Source: Schmidtea polychroa
Lineage: Eukaryota
DNA length: 64,000 nucleotides
NCBI GenBank assembly: GCA_044892525.1
Contig: CM097885.1
Coordinates: forward strand, 44,888,001-44,952,000
Reading direction: 5' to 3'
Shown: piece after piece, positions 40,252-52,687 of the stretch
Position numbering within the stretch: position 1 is the first letter of the stretch
Layout of the letters: every line of letters begins with the position of its first letter
The notes under the pieces: generated by a model
What the model saw: only the letters and a program-made list of their open reading frames with translations
Database searches by the model: none
Told to the model about the DNA's origin: nothing
Translations under genes and position numbers: made by a program

Positions 40252-43200
40252 ATGCCTATTAACGATACCAATATAATCAGAATTTCGGAAGTTACGGTAG
40301 GAATTTTATTTATAATTAAAAAAAATAATGTAAAATTTCGAGTTCTTTCTTAAAATATTGTTTATTATATAGACTGCAGATATTGATTCCATCCCTCAAA
40401 TTCCTACTTATTATCCAACTTTTGAAGAATTTAAAGACTTTAAAAAATTTATTTACAAAATAGAAAAAAGAGGTGCTCATCATATTGGGCTATGTAAAGT
40501 CGTTCCCCCGAAGGAGTGGGTTGCTAGGAAAAACGGATATAATGATTTAGATTTATTCATTATACCAAATCCCATTAGCCAGAGCACATTTGGAAAAGAC
40601 GGAGTTTATATTCAAGTAATATTGGTCGAATGTTATATTTGATTTAAAGTTAATTCAGGTCAATAAGCCAGAAAAGTCTGTTAATTTCCAAACCTTTCGT
40701 CACTTTTCCTATAATACATCAAGCATAACACCAAATTATATAGATTGGGATGATCTAGAAACCCAGTACTGGAGTACTTTTCATTTAAGTCGACCCATTT
40801 ACGGTGCTAATGTCAGTGGAACCATAACTGATGCAAGTCAAGAGGTTATTAATTTAATTTAAAATAGTTATTAAGATTAAGTTTTTAATTATATTTAAAT
40901 TTTTGTAATTAAATGCAAATAATTATATTGGATGTATGTTGTACAATAGACGATGTTCTTTAGTTTCAAAACATTACTATATGTATATGAACAATGTTGA
41001 AATACAATCAACAGTGAAATGTAGCCAACGCACAATAGTTATTAAAATTTTACTTATTGTTGTTATAATTTATTATTAGAAATTAAATTCAATATTAAAT
41101 TATGCATAAATGAAATGTGAAATTTAGCAATAAATTACTAATTGTTTCATCCACAATGAATAGTCAATACATAGCGGTAAGTGATACTTCACAAATTTGA
41201 ACTAAATTAGAGTATCCATGGTGAAATAGGTGAGAGTTGGAGACCTTTGGGTCGAGATTCTTGTTGTTAAAGATTAATATCATTAATAAATTTTATGCGG
41301 TGCAGGTAACCCTCGATTAACACGGTAGTTTGGTTCCAAGAATACTCCGTGCTAATTAAAATCGTGTTAATCGAGACTAACAATTAATACAATTCATGGG
41401 GTTTGGTTCCAAAAAATTTTAAAAATGATTTATGTTTTTGATAGTTTTTATTATTTTCATGCATCCAGTACAAAAAAGAAGATTGAAATACAAATAGACT
41501 TGAAATCAAAATTTAACAAAGAATAGTAAAATAAATTAATTCATTTTGCATAAATATCAAAATAAAAATATGGCATAATTTAAATTGACCATAGATAAGG
41601 TTAACAAATTCCATCATAATCACTTTCAACTTCATCATCACTGATTCATTTTTACTGGTGCTTCTTCATCACTTGAATAATTTTCTGACACTTCATTAGT
41701 CGCTTGTGGTTTCTGCATTATGGTTATAAAATCAGTGAGAAGAGCCTGTTTTTGATTTTTTAAAGTTCTTTCTCGACTTCTCGGTAAGAAGCTAAGTATT
41801 TTTCTATCTCGCGTTGAATTTTCAGACTACGGTCCATTGAAGGATCATTGTCAAGGAAATGGTTTTCTAATTTTTTAGCCATCTCAAATCCTTCTCTTAA
41901 TGATTTGAGTGTGAAGTTTTGCTCTGCGGCATCACTCTCAGTATCAGTGTCTGAGCTTGGTAAATCCGTATAAGTTTCGTTGACCATCGCCACTAACTCC
42001 TCTTCTCCCAAATTTGGTTCGGCTAGCAATTCTTCCACATCCCGAATGGCCAAATCTTCAAATCCTTCTCCGCCTAAGGAATGAGCTAAATCGGCAATAG
42101 TACGATATTCATCCACCACTGGTTGAATTCTATTATTAAGTAGAACCACTTCAGGCCATATAGGTTTGTATTGTACAAATTATTGTACAAATTTGAAAAT
42201 GTACATTACATTACATATATTTATTTATATACGTATATGTACATAAAAAAGTCAACTAAGATTGTACAATTTTGAAACCGTGTTAATTAAGGGTTTTCAT
42301 CAATTTTGAAGCCGTGTAAAATCAAAACCGTGCTAAAAAATACCGTGTTAGACAAGGGTGTGCCGCGATATTTTAACCGTGTTAATCGAGGTTTACCTGT
42401 ATTATGTTAGACTCACACATAAGATAGGTTTAAGACAATATTGTTTAATCCCTGTTATGGTTAAACCGGAACATTTGCACATTTAAACCAGTTTCATCTT
42501 TCTAAATTAAAATTTAGTTTATAAGAAAAGGTACTAAATTTTGGGAAACGTCATTTAATGTTCAATACTAATATAACGAGTTGGTAGTTAAATTATTTGA
42601 AATTATTTATAAATGTTTAATCAATCAACATAAAATATATATATATATATTCGAACGTAGAAAAATATTTTTTAGAAATGCTGACTTGTATGAGGTATTT
42701 CAAAATAACCGAATAGTTTTAATTGAATATAGTTTCTTTTTCAACAAAAACATTTAATTTTAAAAAGACAGTCAGCCTAATATTCAACTAAATAACGCTT
42801 TCTCTTCTCTTTAATTGTATTTAATCCTATATATTAACCCTGTTCAATATGACAACATGTAGAGTGATTTATTAATTGAGTAATTGAAGATAGTTTTATC
42901 ACAGTTTATTAAAGGGTTTTCAAAATTGAAATTTAAAATATAAATTTTAAGAGTGATATGTATATAAATAATCCTTTATTAGAAGTACTGGGATTGCCCC
43001 TCGAACACGATGTACTTAGATTAAACTCAGTAGTCATTTTATATAGATTTTATGTTGTATGCTTTGAAAACGCCTTAAAGGTCCAATTTATCACAATGAT
43101 TTTAGGTATTTTTTTACATTTAAACAAACAAAATTGTATGCTCTTAATGTCAACTTGTTTGATAAATATCTTGTCAGTTTTTTATATTTATTTAACTTGA

Positions 43201-46200
43201 ATAATGACAGTTTTTTAATTTAACTTAACACAACAAAGCCATTTCAAAAATTTGTGTACTTTTGAAGGTATTTTCATATCATTTTCATCTCATATCAAAA
43301 ATATTTCGCTACTCTTAAAACGAAATCAAATATTGGCAATTTGACTAATTTTATGTGACTGCTATATAGCCTTAACGTTTATCAATTGCAATACCAAAAG
43401 TCTTTTTTCCAAATAGCTTTATCATAATCTATAATATTAAAAATCTCTGAACTAATTTCATGTATATTTCTGATAATTTCAATTATATTATCAATGATCT
43501 TTTTTAAACTTCACCAATTTTTACTGTATTGAAAGTAGCCTATTACAAATTTTGAAATTTGCAATTTTATTTTTATATTCTACTCTTTATTAACAATCAT
43601 AAAATAAGCTAAACTTTAACATGCTGATGATATTTATAAATTTGTATTGTTTTGAAAGTGCGGTCTCTTGTGAACACGCACTGAAAATTCCATAGTGTTA
43701 TAAGAAAAAATAATTATCTGCTTATAGAAACATTACTTTATTACAAAAATTACAGTTATTAAAATTATATTTTATGTTTCAAAACACTCCACATATTCGG
43801 TTGAAACTTGCTTTCCTTTTCTTTCTGACGGCCTTGAGTTCTTTCTCTTTCTATTTCGCGTAATACAACTTACAAATTATTGAACTATATAGATTTATAA
43901 TATCAATGTCATCCACATATGACTAACATGACATTTAGGAAAAAGTACCTTTCTGAGCCATGTCAACCATATGGGGATGGACATACAACATTTTTTTGCA
44001 TATGACCTTAATGAAAATATGACTTGAAAAAGGTATAAATATATTTGTTTCTAATTTATTAATCAAATTAATTAATAATCTAACTTTGATCCAAGGGATA
44101 GTTTTAACTCCAACCCGATCGAGAATTACCGTGTTGACTGACACAATTTTTCTAAACAGTTTCGTCAGCTGAATTTTTAAAATTTGATCTTATTTATTTC
44201 ATTGTCAATATTTTCACCTTATATCTATTTAGGCTCACAATAAAATACTAAGTTTTGTAACTAACCTAAAGTAAACTCAGTTTTAATAAAAATAACTTTT
44301 CTAATATATTAAAAAATGTGTCCATTCTCAGCCAAGTCAAATACTATTTATTGAAATTACATAAGAATGATGCAACACTTATCTTGGATTAAAAAAACAT
44401 TAAAATAATTAACCAATTAAATCAATCTAAAATAAAGTTTATCCAAATTCTTGTCTGTTTGTGATAATTATTAGCTCAATATAGTCAAGTAACTGTCAAT
44501 ATTTACATAAATGATAACAGTATAAATTGTTTAAATATTTTCAATCAAAAATTTGCTTATAAATTCAACACAAGCGAACATTACTTGATTTGAAAAAATA
44601 GTATTTCAAATTACGTTAATGTTCTTATTCTTTTATAAATGAGATGATTGGCAAAATTTTCTCTAGTATTGGAATATTGCTGCGCTGCCGAGTATTCTCA
44701 GCGATGTATTGAAAGAACCGATAGGTGGCGTCAATACCCCTTATTTATATTTCGGTAGTTGGCGTAGTACATTTGGTTGGCACGTCGAAGATGTGGATTT
44801 ATATTCAATAAATTATCTCCATTTTGGCATGGCCAAATTCTGGTATGTTATTCCTCCGGCGTTTTCTCGAAGATTTGAAAATCTAGTTAAAAGTTGGTTG
44901 TGGATGAAAAAAAAAATAGAAAATTTATTCGAGTTTAAATTATAGAACTATTTCCTGTCGAATTTCAAAAATGTCCAGCTTTCTTAAGGCACAAAATCGT
45001 CATAATTAGTCCAGAATTTCTGCGCCTCAATGGAATTCCCACCAGAAAGGTAGTTTACATTTTTTAAAGTTCTCTTTTCAAAAAATCTTTATTTTTAATT
45101 ATAATAATTTAAATTTTTAACTTTATATTATTTGAATTTTTGCTTACTTATAATTCCTATTCAGAATTCAATGATTTAATCACAATTCTTGAATGCGTTT
45201 TTAGAAATATGACATAATTCTAGCATATTATTAAATATCAAATATATTAAATATCAATATATATATTATTGATTATTTCATATTAAAATCGAAACTTCAA
45301 AAATTCAATAACTTTATATTTGAATTTTGTGTCAAACAACCAAAAGTGCTTAGAAAAATATCGATTAGGAAAAATCGATAATGTCTCAAAAATCCATACA
45401 TTATTTATCAGGAAATTTAATTTCCCTTCGAAAACTTCGAAATTTTTTTAAAATATCAGAATTTTAAATTCAGGTTTTAAAACGCGCGCAAAAATCCGAA
45501 TTATTTAAACAATACACACGCATACCTTTAAAGTAATCCAAAACAATAATTATCAGAAAAATTACATTACTAAATTAATTTATTTAAACATATATTTACT
45601 ATTCCATCTCTTTGTGTTACATAGAATAACATTTTTAAAAACAATATAAAATGTTAAATGGAAACAAAAAAATAAAAGATTTTCCTGGAATACAATTGAT
45701 CTGTAATTTAAAGCTGCAGAAACTATCGGATGGTTACCTCGAGCATCATGAAATTCGCAAATGGTTTTTCCATCTTAAAATAATAGATCAACCTAAATAT
45801 TTTCATCCTGAACTCTATCGAATTTTGTAAATTTCAATTGCCTTAAAATAGAATTTAATACAAATTTCAACTTAAAAATGGTCATAATTATTTTTAGTAC
45901 TTACATAACGTATTTAACATTCAAATTATGCGTAATATTCAAAATTCTCAACCGATTTCACCGAATTTGTAGTCTTAACGTGTACATTACAGTCATTGCT
46001 GGTCACAAAAAGAATGAAATTTATAGCTTTTGATTTCTCATAGATTTTGCAAGAAGAAAATGAATTCATGATTACATTTCCATACGGTTATCATTCTGGA
46101 TTCAATACGGGATTAAATATCGCAGAATCTACAAATTTTGCCTCCTCTCGGTGGATAGAGTATGGCAAACAGGCGCTCATTTGTAAATGCTGGTCTGATA

Positions 46201-46644
46201 CCGTTAAAATCAACATGAAAATGTTTGTTCGCAAGTTTCAGCCTCACTTGTTTCGTGATTGGTTGAACAAAACCGATTCTACGCCTCATCCATTAGATCT
46301 CTATGATCGAGTAATCAAAGATAATAGAATAATTTCCAAAAATTTCAAGGCCTATGATGTGAGAGTGATATATACATATATGCTGTAAATAGAGTTTAAT
46401 AAATGACAAATGTTCAGCTCACTTGTTATAAAAATGAAGTCGATAACTATTCCTCTGATGAAGACACAGATTGGGCATATGCCGATGGAAATCTCACGGA
46501 TACAGGTTGCCATTAATTATTGCCATGCAATTATGATTGGTTGGTTATTATTGCTGTTTAGAAATTATCAAGGATTCCTACAATTCGTTTGTGAACACCA
46601 TCGAGGATAAACCGGCCAATGAGAAAATGATTTGTGGATATTGA
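40252..46644 (+). CDS. KDM4: Lysine-specific demethylase 4 (JmjN + JmjC only), 8 coding exons, 432 aa
   Basis: Exons: 40252-40296, 40373-40615, 40650-40844, 44667-44892, 44946-45049, 46044-46358, 46418-46505, 46562-46644. Jmj[15 protein letters not shown]...[15 protein letters not shown]; Jmj[69 protein letters not shown]. Fe(II) ligands HxE...H are intact. An acceptor at 40243 suggests an upstream exon, so the start codon is provisional. Confidence 0.93.
41303..42399 (-). mobile_element. Internally deleted pogo/Tigger-like element in KDM4 intron 3
   Basis: 24-bp TIRs caggtaaccctcgattaacacggt / accgtgttaatcgaggtttacctg; TA on the right flank (TG on the left); repeated accgtg subterminal motifs; ORF 41760-42149 encodes a TIGD-like transposase C-terminus (GGEGFED...[10 protein letters not shown]...DPSMDRSLK). 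Confidence 0.9.
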
Positions 46645-46837
46645 ATTTTTGATTTTGGTTTTTCATTAAATCAAATTATTTATTTAATCTTTTTGTAAAT
46701 AGGCTAAATGTATAGAGATTAATACATGTCTATAATAATTATATTCTGTTTCTGTTTTTATTTTGATAATATAATTCATTCGTTATTTATTGACTTTTTT
46801 GTGGTGACACTTTGTCGCGGAATATAATGGTGGATTG

Positions 46838-46975
46838 CAGGTAACAGACATTTTACCTTATGTATTGTTTCTAACGCAACCTAAGATACAATGTGTATAA
46901 ACCAATCGACACCCGTTGTGTTATCAAAGTTGGTAATCTATTGAATGGGTGAATATTCGCTAAAAGTGAGTGGAT
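46838..46975 (+). repeat. Dispersed repeat, homologous to 34329-34470
   Basis: Same collinear blocks as 34329-34470. Confidence 0.65.
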
Positions 46976-47812
46976 CTCAGTGGACTATTATTGGCAAACA
47001 TTCCAGTGAGTTTGCTTTTAGGTCCCAATTAATTTTATCTCAATCATCTAATTCGACTAATTAAATGATAATCTTATTTTATACCAAACAAATTCTGCCC
47101 TCATCAAACGTTTTGTTGCTTCAAGTCGTGTAATTCTGCCCATAAGTGTTTTTATGCTCATCTAGATTTCCCTTACATGTCTGGATTTATATCGTTTGTT
47201 CCACTAGAAATAGTAAATGATAACAGTCAAATAATTACAAATAATTTGTTTAAGGCTGCTTATAAATTCGTCCAGAATAAATCCCACATTAATTATATTT
47301 CCCATTAAAATGAAAAAAATATACGGCTCTATGAACCAGAATCAAATCAGTGTTAATCAATGTGTTATCGTGATAATTATTTTTAATTTTTAGATAATTC
47401 TTCGTCGAAGACCCTCAATTTTTAGTTGCTATGCCCCATGGTGTTTAGATTTAGTTTTGATACGTGTATTCGTCGACAAACCTTCACTTGTGATTTATTT
47501 GTGTTATTGTAGTTGACCTAGATAATGGCCTTCTGCAGCTCGACCATTCGTTGTACCCAATACTCAAAAGATAAATATTTAATTGAAAATTTATTTTAAT
47601 TGTACTTTTAAGAAAACATATTTTGAATATTACTGCTTTTCATTTTTATTCTATTGTCTAATTCCTTCAATATAATTGAAATGTAAGGTAGTGATATTCA
47701 AAATATATGCTTTTTAAAAATACAATTTAAATTATCAATTTAATATTTTAAACTAAATTGATAAAAAAATATACTATTTAAAGTTTTTTTAATTTTAACC
47801 ACCCTATCCAAA

Positions 47813-47877
47813 TGAACGTACGTAATACGGCCGATATGATATCGGCCGAACGCAATGAGCCGTATCCCGTACGTTCA
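47813..47877. other. Nested inverted-repeat (cruciform-capable) GC-rich element
   Basis: tgaacgtacg (47813-22) pairs with cgtacgttca (47868-77); atacggc (47825-31) with gccgtat (47859-65); cggccgatat-g-atatcggccg (47828-48) is a perfect 10-bp inverted repeat. Confidence 0.9.
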
Positions 47878-47903
47878 GATACAAAAAAAGCTATACCCGA
47901 AAC

Positions 47904-47966
47904 CAGGGGTGGCTCAAGAAATTTTGTCTAGCCTAGCGCCCTAGGCGAATTTTTATGAAGCGCCTA
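47904..47966. mobile_element. Orphan hAT-type terminus
   Basis: caggggtggctc...gcgccctaggcga...gcgcc resembles hAT MITE ends. No partner end found. Confidence 0.4.
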
Positions 47967-48343
47967 CCTTAAAGAATGCCAACTGAAACATTATGTTTTA
48001 ATAATTTAAATTTCTTAATTCAATTCAAACTTACCATTTTTGTTAAATTTCTTTGACGAAAGTCGTCATTTTTGATGAATTTAGACTACATTAATCACAG
48101 AAGTTTTTCTAACTACTGATTATAATTTGGTTAAAAATATATTTTTGAATTTTACTACAAATAAAAAAATTTATTTATTTAAAAAACATTATTTATTTAA
48201 AAAAAAATTTGATAACATATACTAAAGAAATAACATTTTTAGTTTGTTCATTTGTTATTCTGTTCAGGATTTAATATATAGAATATGATGCTTAGGGAAA
48301 AGAAAAGGCTGCGTAGTGTATGAAGTTGCTTAATTAATAAATA

Positions 48344-48610
48344 TAGGTTGGTACTTAGTTGTTAGTAATTGGTTGTTGATATCTGGTTGTTGGCTCCTAA
48401 TTGTAAGTACTTAGTGGTTATTAGTACCTAGTTGTTGATGCATAGTTGTTAGTAGTTCGTTGTTGGTAGCTGGTTGTTAGTAACTAGTTATTGGTATCTG
48501 GTTGTTGGTACTTGGTTGTTAGGATTTGGTTATTAGTAACTGGTTGCTACTGTCTAGTTATTGGTTCTTTGATGGTAGTACTTGCTTGTTAGTACATAGT
48601 TGTTGGTACT
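48344..48610. repeat. 14-bp minisatellite, about 19 degenerate copies (consensus near tggttgttagtact)
   Basis: Consecutive units tagttgttagtaat / tggttgttgatatc / tggttgttggctcc ... tggttgttggtact / tagttgttggtact. Confidence 0.85.
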
Positions 48611-50419
48611 TACTATTATTATTTTATTATTTATTTCATAATAATTTACATTAAAAATTTCATTACTTCTTTAAATTTTTCAGACGACGTCGGTCCTTAA
48701 AAATATCTTATATTAATTTTAAATTATTACTTTCCTTAATTTAAAAATTAATACCTATTTAAAAATTACTACTGTAATTTACTTTAATTCACTTATATTT
48801 TAATTAATACCCTAATTTCTCAGTCGACAGCACATGTTCAAAATATATTATCATAAATTTAAAATTGATTACTTATTTTGAATAATTCTAGTTTTTAATT
48901 ATTACACTAATTTCTCATTAGACATCGATTCTTGAAAATATCTTAACATAAATTCCTATACAAAAAATCTCGAAAACCTAAACAATGCATAGATTTTTTG
49001 ACGAGACCCTTAATTTAATAGTAGAAATCTCAAAGACCTAAAATACCTCTTCACTATAGTGATTCACATAAACATGATAGCCCACTGGAGTACAGGCTTT
49101 CTACCGAGAGAATAAATCTAATTCATTTTTACCTGAAAAATTCTATCTGAAAACCATGTAGCCCTCTTCTGCAACGAGGAGGGTAGTAGAGGGTGGGATA
49201 AGGGATACATCGGATTCTCGTGTTGCAGAGGGTTATTATCGACCAACTAACGAATACTCGCTGACAAGCCTCATATATCAATTATGATGCCATCGTTCCT
49301 ATTATATTTGAATATCAAGTTTTACGAATATAAGGACGAATTTCACAAATTTATTGCCTTCATAAGATAGTTGCGATAATGTTCTGAAGTATGATCTCAA
49401 ACTGTGTACTTCTGTTGTAGATGTTGTCAACTACTTCTAATTATCTTCCGATATTCCAATAACGGCATATTTATGCTTGTATATGTGATGAGTGAAGTCA
49501 TAATGCCATTACCCCTGAATGCGCTCCTCGCCCGTTCTATTGATAGGATCAATGGTGTTCTGATTGTAAACCTATGTAAAGGTTGATAAAAGGTCAAAAA
49601 TAACTGGAAAATAATAACGTATTACCTTACTACGATTTTCGGTATAATCATATTCTCAGTCGATCCGTAATGCCCATGCATAAGAAAGATTTATTCGACC
49701 TGAAACATTCGAAGAAGTAACATCCTGGACTGGCAGTCTCATTATTTATTGCAGTGGAAAGAATTTCTCTATCTGGAGTGTGTTTGATTTCTATTCTTTT
49801 TACCCCCACTATTGTTGACATGCTTCCATTAATCATATCTTTTTAGCAAAGATTTTAGAGGAAAATAAGTCAAAACTAGGGAAACCGAAATTTGTGAATC
49901 AGTAGGACATACACTAGTTAGCTCAGAAATTGATTGGGTGCTCAGAGTGACGCACTGAGAAGCTGCACAAAATCATCACAAAAACTTGGTAGGGTCTGAC
50001 ACACAGTAGTCACCTACCGATTTCAAGCCAAAATATCAAGAAAACGAAGCAAAAAAAGCAATTGCAAGCAAAATTTTCTACGAGTGGAAAACTCTACAAG
50101 CATAAATTTTAAAAGCAAAAAAATCTTTGGATTTTTATCGAGACTAAAATTCCTGTGCAAAAAGACTAAGCCTATTAAACTCATTGATTATAGTTTGAGC
50201 TTCACATTGACATAACCATTCGAACAAAATGAGCATAATTAAAATTAATTTATAAAATTAATATTAATTAAAAAATTAAAACAAAATAAAAAATTAGCCT
50301 CCATATAAAAATTTAGAGGAGGTTTTGAAAATGACTCTTGAGCCAAATATCCGACGAGACATACTACTATCATATTTAAACAATTTTTTTTTGGGAATGT
50401 AGGTTATTTGATCACCGAT

Positions 50420-51000
50420 TGCTGTGTCACAATGGGCATCGTTTTCAAGAAGATTTAATTTTTGACAAGCTTCTCGATAAGTGGCACATACTTCACCATT
50501 TACTGTTCTAAGTTCTTGGAAGGATTTCGGTCCACGTATGTTAACTCACAGTAATCGTAAGTAAAAACATTCTTGATTGTTTGGATGAATTGTATATAGA
50601 CGGCCTAAAGGATCGCACGAATATATTCGCATAACTTTTCAATTTTTCCAATTACGACACTACGACGAAGACTGTAATCATAATCAGCAACGTAATAAAA
50701 CACAGCAAAATTCAAATCAGTGTGCATTGTCCGCCTGGTTTGAACATTGCGTTTTCGATTGGTCCCCAGTCCTACTCTCTGTTGGTCACTTATTTTATTC
50801 GAACGGGTTTGAGCAATGCGTACTCTACGGGCTCTCAATCTTAATTCTCGTTGCTGTTCTGTTTCATTTGAGCGGGTTTAGGCAGTGCGTAATCGATTGG
50901 TTTCCAATCCTGATTCTTGTTGCTCGTCTGTTTCTAAAACTCGTAATACCTTTTTCTTTCGTGCTTGCTTTCGTCCAATTGATTCCCGTTTGTGTGGCAT
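50420..51000 (-). mobile_element. Internally deleted Helitron (RepHel fragments)
   Basis: ATG at 51000: MPHKRESIGRK...ETDEQQESGLETNR (charged repeats)...DLNFAVFYY..DYDYS...VVIGKIEKLC, joined to GRLYTIHPNNQECFYLRLL..NIRGPKSFQELRTVNGEVCATYREACQKLNLLENDAH, which is the Rep-to-helicase linker motif. Confidence 0.88.
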
Positions 51001-51281
51001 AACTCTTCTTACATAATTATTATTTTTAACTAAAAATTTCTTATTTTTAAACAAATTATTTCTATTGAGTTATTATTGCTATTTAAATTAATTCCTATTT
51101 AAATTTTTGGTACATATTAAAAACATTTTTCGACAGTTATTGGTAATTAGATAGATGAAGCACCGCTAGATCAGGACTCCGCTGGATCACATACCCTTTC
51201 CCAACCGGGAGTTCTGCCCAAGGTATATTATTATTTGATAGCTCATGTTAAAGGTCTTTCAAAGAGCTATAACGCACAGGG

Positions 51282-51344
<63 letters not shown>
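51282..51344. repeat. (ATT)21 microsatellite
   Basis: Read directly from the sequence; it accounts for the poly-Leu ORF 51235-51441. Confidence 0.95.
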
Positions 51345-51347
<3 letters not shown>

Positions 51348-51829
51348 ATTATTATTAGTGATGTTATGGCTCGTATTTGCACATGAAGGAGCTATGGCAA
51401 AGAGTGCATACTTTAAGGAAAAGAGCAGAAAGATTTTATAAATAAATAAATTTAAAAAACAAAATTAAAAATTTCCATTAAAATTGATAAATAAAAGTAA
51501 TAAAAAATAAAATTATTTAAATAATTCGATTATTTTAAATAATCAATTAAATTAAATATAAACGCATACACTCATTTATGTGTGTAAAGTAATTCAAAAT
51601 TAACCGCATTCCAATTGGATATAGTGGCAGAGAATGCATAGGCGTTCAATCAAAATCAGAATAAATACCGACAGATTGTGAGTAGGGAAGACTTAGTTTT
51701 GGGTGATATTAGATAATCCTCGAGTAACTAGGATTAAAGGTAGGTCAAAATTGGAAATATTGGCAGATCCCTGCTCAAATTTTTCGAAGAATAAAATCGA
51801 ATATTCTCAAGTATTGCAGAAAGTATAAA

Positions 51830-52560
51830 ACAACATTTATGAACAGGAAAATAAGACCAGATCCCTGCGAAAACTTTCCAAAAATAACATTGAAAAACAT
51901 CTAGTAATGGTGACCACAATTAAATGAATAAAAGAAAGGGATAGATATTGAACAATGACGTAAGACCTTCTATTGGCAGTCCAGAACCCGAAAATGAAAA
52001 TACAATGAGGAGTAGTTTTAGCATTAGAGCTCACCTGCTCATTGATTTTCAGCCATTGTGTACATCATCAACATGATTGTTACCATGGGTACGCAGATGG
52101 TATAAAGTAAAATAATCATGAAGACGTTTAGGAAAGAGTCGATTTAAAATTCATAAGTAACCCTAAAACATTTAAATGACACACCCCGTTAGCGCCAACA
52201 ATTGTGAGACCTTCAATAAATTTAGCAATTATTTATTACATGACCGAACACAAACATTTAGTGAAAATAGCACCTTATAATTTTTTAAGTCTAACAGAAA
52301 TGATAGCTATCCTACAGAATTTAATCAAAACTCCTCTTAACTGAAGCCCGATGCAAGCTCTATCGTATGTATACATACATTGTACCATATGTCGCTCCAT
52401 CCTACTAAGGTGAACCTTTGAGTCCATTCTGCCTACTTAAATCCTAACTCAACATCAAAATTGTCAAGCTTCTTTAGAATGAGTCAATACTTGAAAATTG
52501 GGGTTGGGGTTGATAGAATGATAGCCGTAAGGGGCTAAGAATCACTAAATAATAATTATA
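51830..52560 (+). mobile_element. Possible Penelope-like reverse transcriptase remnant
   Basis: Collinear degenerate motifs: PSIGSP (compare GxxMGSPLSP), PWVR..DG (compare WxRYVDD), YLNPNS (compare YLHxxS). Heavily decayed. Confidence 0.35.
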
Positions 52561-52687
52561 ATTACAGTTAAATCCAACTTTAAATCCATCTCTAAATTTC
52601 TCAGCAAAAATCTGTAAACCAACAATATATATTTAATAAAAGGATTTTTAAATAACAAGTTTTTAATTTTTCACAAAAACCACCAAC

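Noticed and set aside
48344-48610. Regular repeat array as a possible CRISPR or telomere relic
   Set aside because: No unique spacers, no cas genes, eukaryotic context, and no tandem TTAGGG-type unit.
51235-51441. Poly-leucine ORF resembling a membrane protein
   Set aside because: It is the translation of the (ATT)21 microsatellite.
49670-51900. Apparent homology between about 49700 and about 51870
   Set aside because: Only a short, low-identity match in AT-rich sequence; the second region is better explained as a Penelope-like remnant on the opposite strand.
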